Virus record (IMG/VR): IMGVR_UViG_3300033070_001518
Coordinates: 1 to 64,000 of that record
DNA length: 64,000 nt
Source: a virus
Taxonomy: Duplodnaviria > Caudoviricetes
Reading direction: 5' to 3' (one strand)
Positions 63,911 to 64,000 of this stretch are shown here, in pieces. The number at the start of each line of letters is the position of its first letter. The stretch's first letter is position 1. Under the pieces are notes generated by a model. It was not told where the DNA came from. It searched no databases and saw only the letters and a program-made list of their open reading frames with translations. A program made the position numbers and the translations under genes.

Positions 63911-63915
63911 CATTC

Positions 63916-64000
63916 ATGATCATTAAACTATTTGAGTATTTCAATGAGTCTCCAACAAAAGATGATTTTTTGGAATCATTTCAAGACTACACTGATTTAT
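63916..64000 (+). CDS. partial putative internal head protein
   Basis: MIIKLFEYFNESPTKDDFLESFQDYTDL..., running off the window. Confidence 0.55.
   Translation, partial: MIIKLFEYFNESPTKDDFLESFQDYTDL

Noticed and set aside
1-64000. Giant eukaryotic virus (NCLDV) origin, suggested by aaRS, chaperones and glycosyltransferases
   Set aside because: gp32, gp13, T4-type RNase H, NusG, GrpE, rho-independent terminators and overlapping operons indicate a bacteriophage.
1-64000. Stop-codon reassignment
   Set aside because: Conserved genes are full length in code 11, TAA/TAG/TGA all end genes, and the broken genes are frameshifts rather than in-frame stops.
1-64000. CRISPR array, reverse transcriptase/DGR, integrase or transposase
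   Set aside because: I saw no spaced direct repeats or corresponding protein motifs by eye; a repeat finder was not run.

Overview
This is a very AT-rich, densely coded segment of a T4-like (Caudoviricetes, myovirus-type) jumbo phage genome in standard genetic code 11. The host is probably Bacteroidota, inferred from the TAnnTTTG-type promoters, the lack of Shine-Dalgarno sites and the look of DnaK/DnaJ/ClpC. Contents in order: a tRNA cluster (Leu-CAA, Thr-CGT, truncated Thr-GGT, Met/Ile2-CAT, Arg-CCT) with an HNH gene and a shortened ArgRS; a deaminase; an amidoligase/GATase pair; a late operon with an exonuclease and a methyltransferase; gp32 SSB; two large paralogous putative virion proteins and a gp3-like tail gene; an ~18.5 kb glycan island (GT2, GT6, GT10, GT11, GT17, exostosin-like, DUF5672, NDP-sugar epimerases and dehydrogenase, C- and O-methyltransferases) plus a satellite block; an N-domain-less ClpC; gp13 neck; DnaJ/GrpE/DnaK; GIY-YIG; Rnl1 RNA ligase; dCMP deaminase; an EXD2-C-terminus-like HNH; NusG; a DNA MTase; and RNase H. 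Three window-wide patterns are not explained by the gene calls. (1) About 19 proteins start with a T4 capsid-targeting-like N-terminus, including several enzymes. (2) An octamer (A/T/G)ATATATA sits 4-5 nt before 18 start codons and T4-type TATAAATA before one more, suggesting leaderless late transcripts. (3) A C-terminal R-x-x-K-[IL]-[DN]-x-[IL] tag is shared by ten otherwise unrelated small proteins. All calls rest on motif recognition by eye; no searches were run. Several frameshifts and deletions could be assembly errors.
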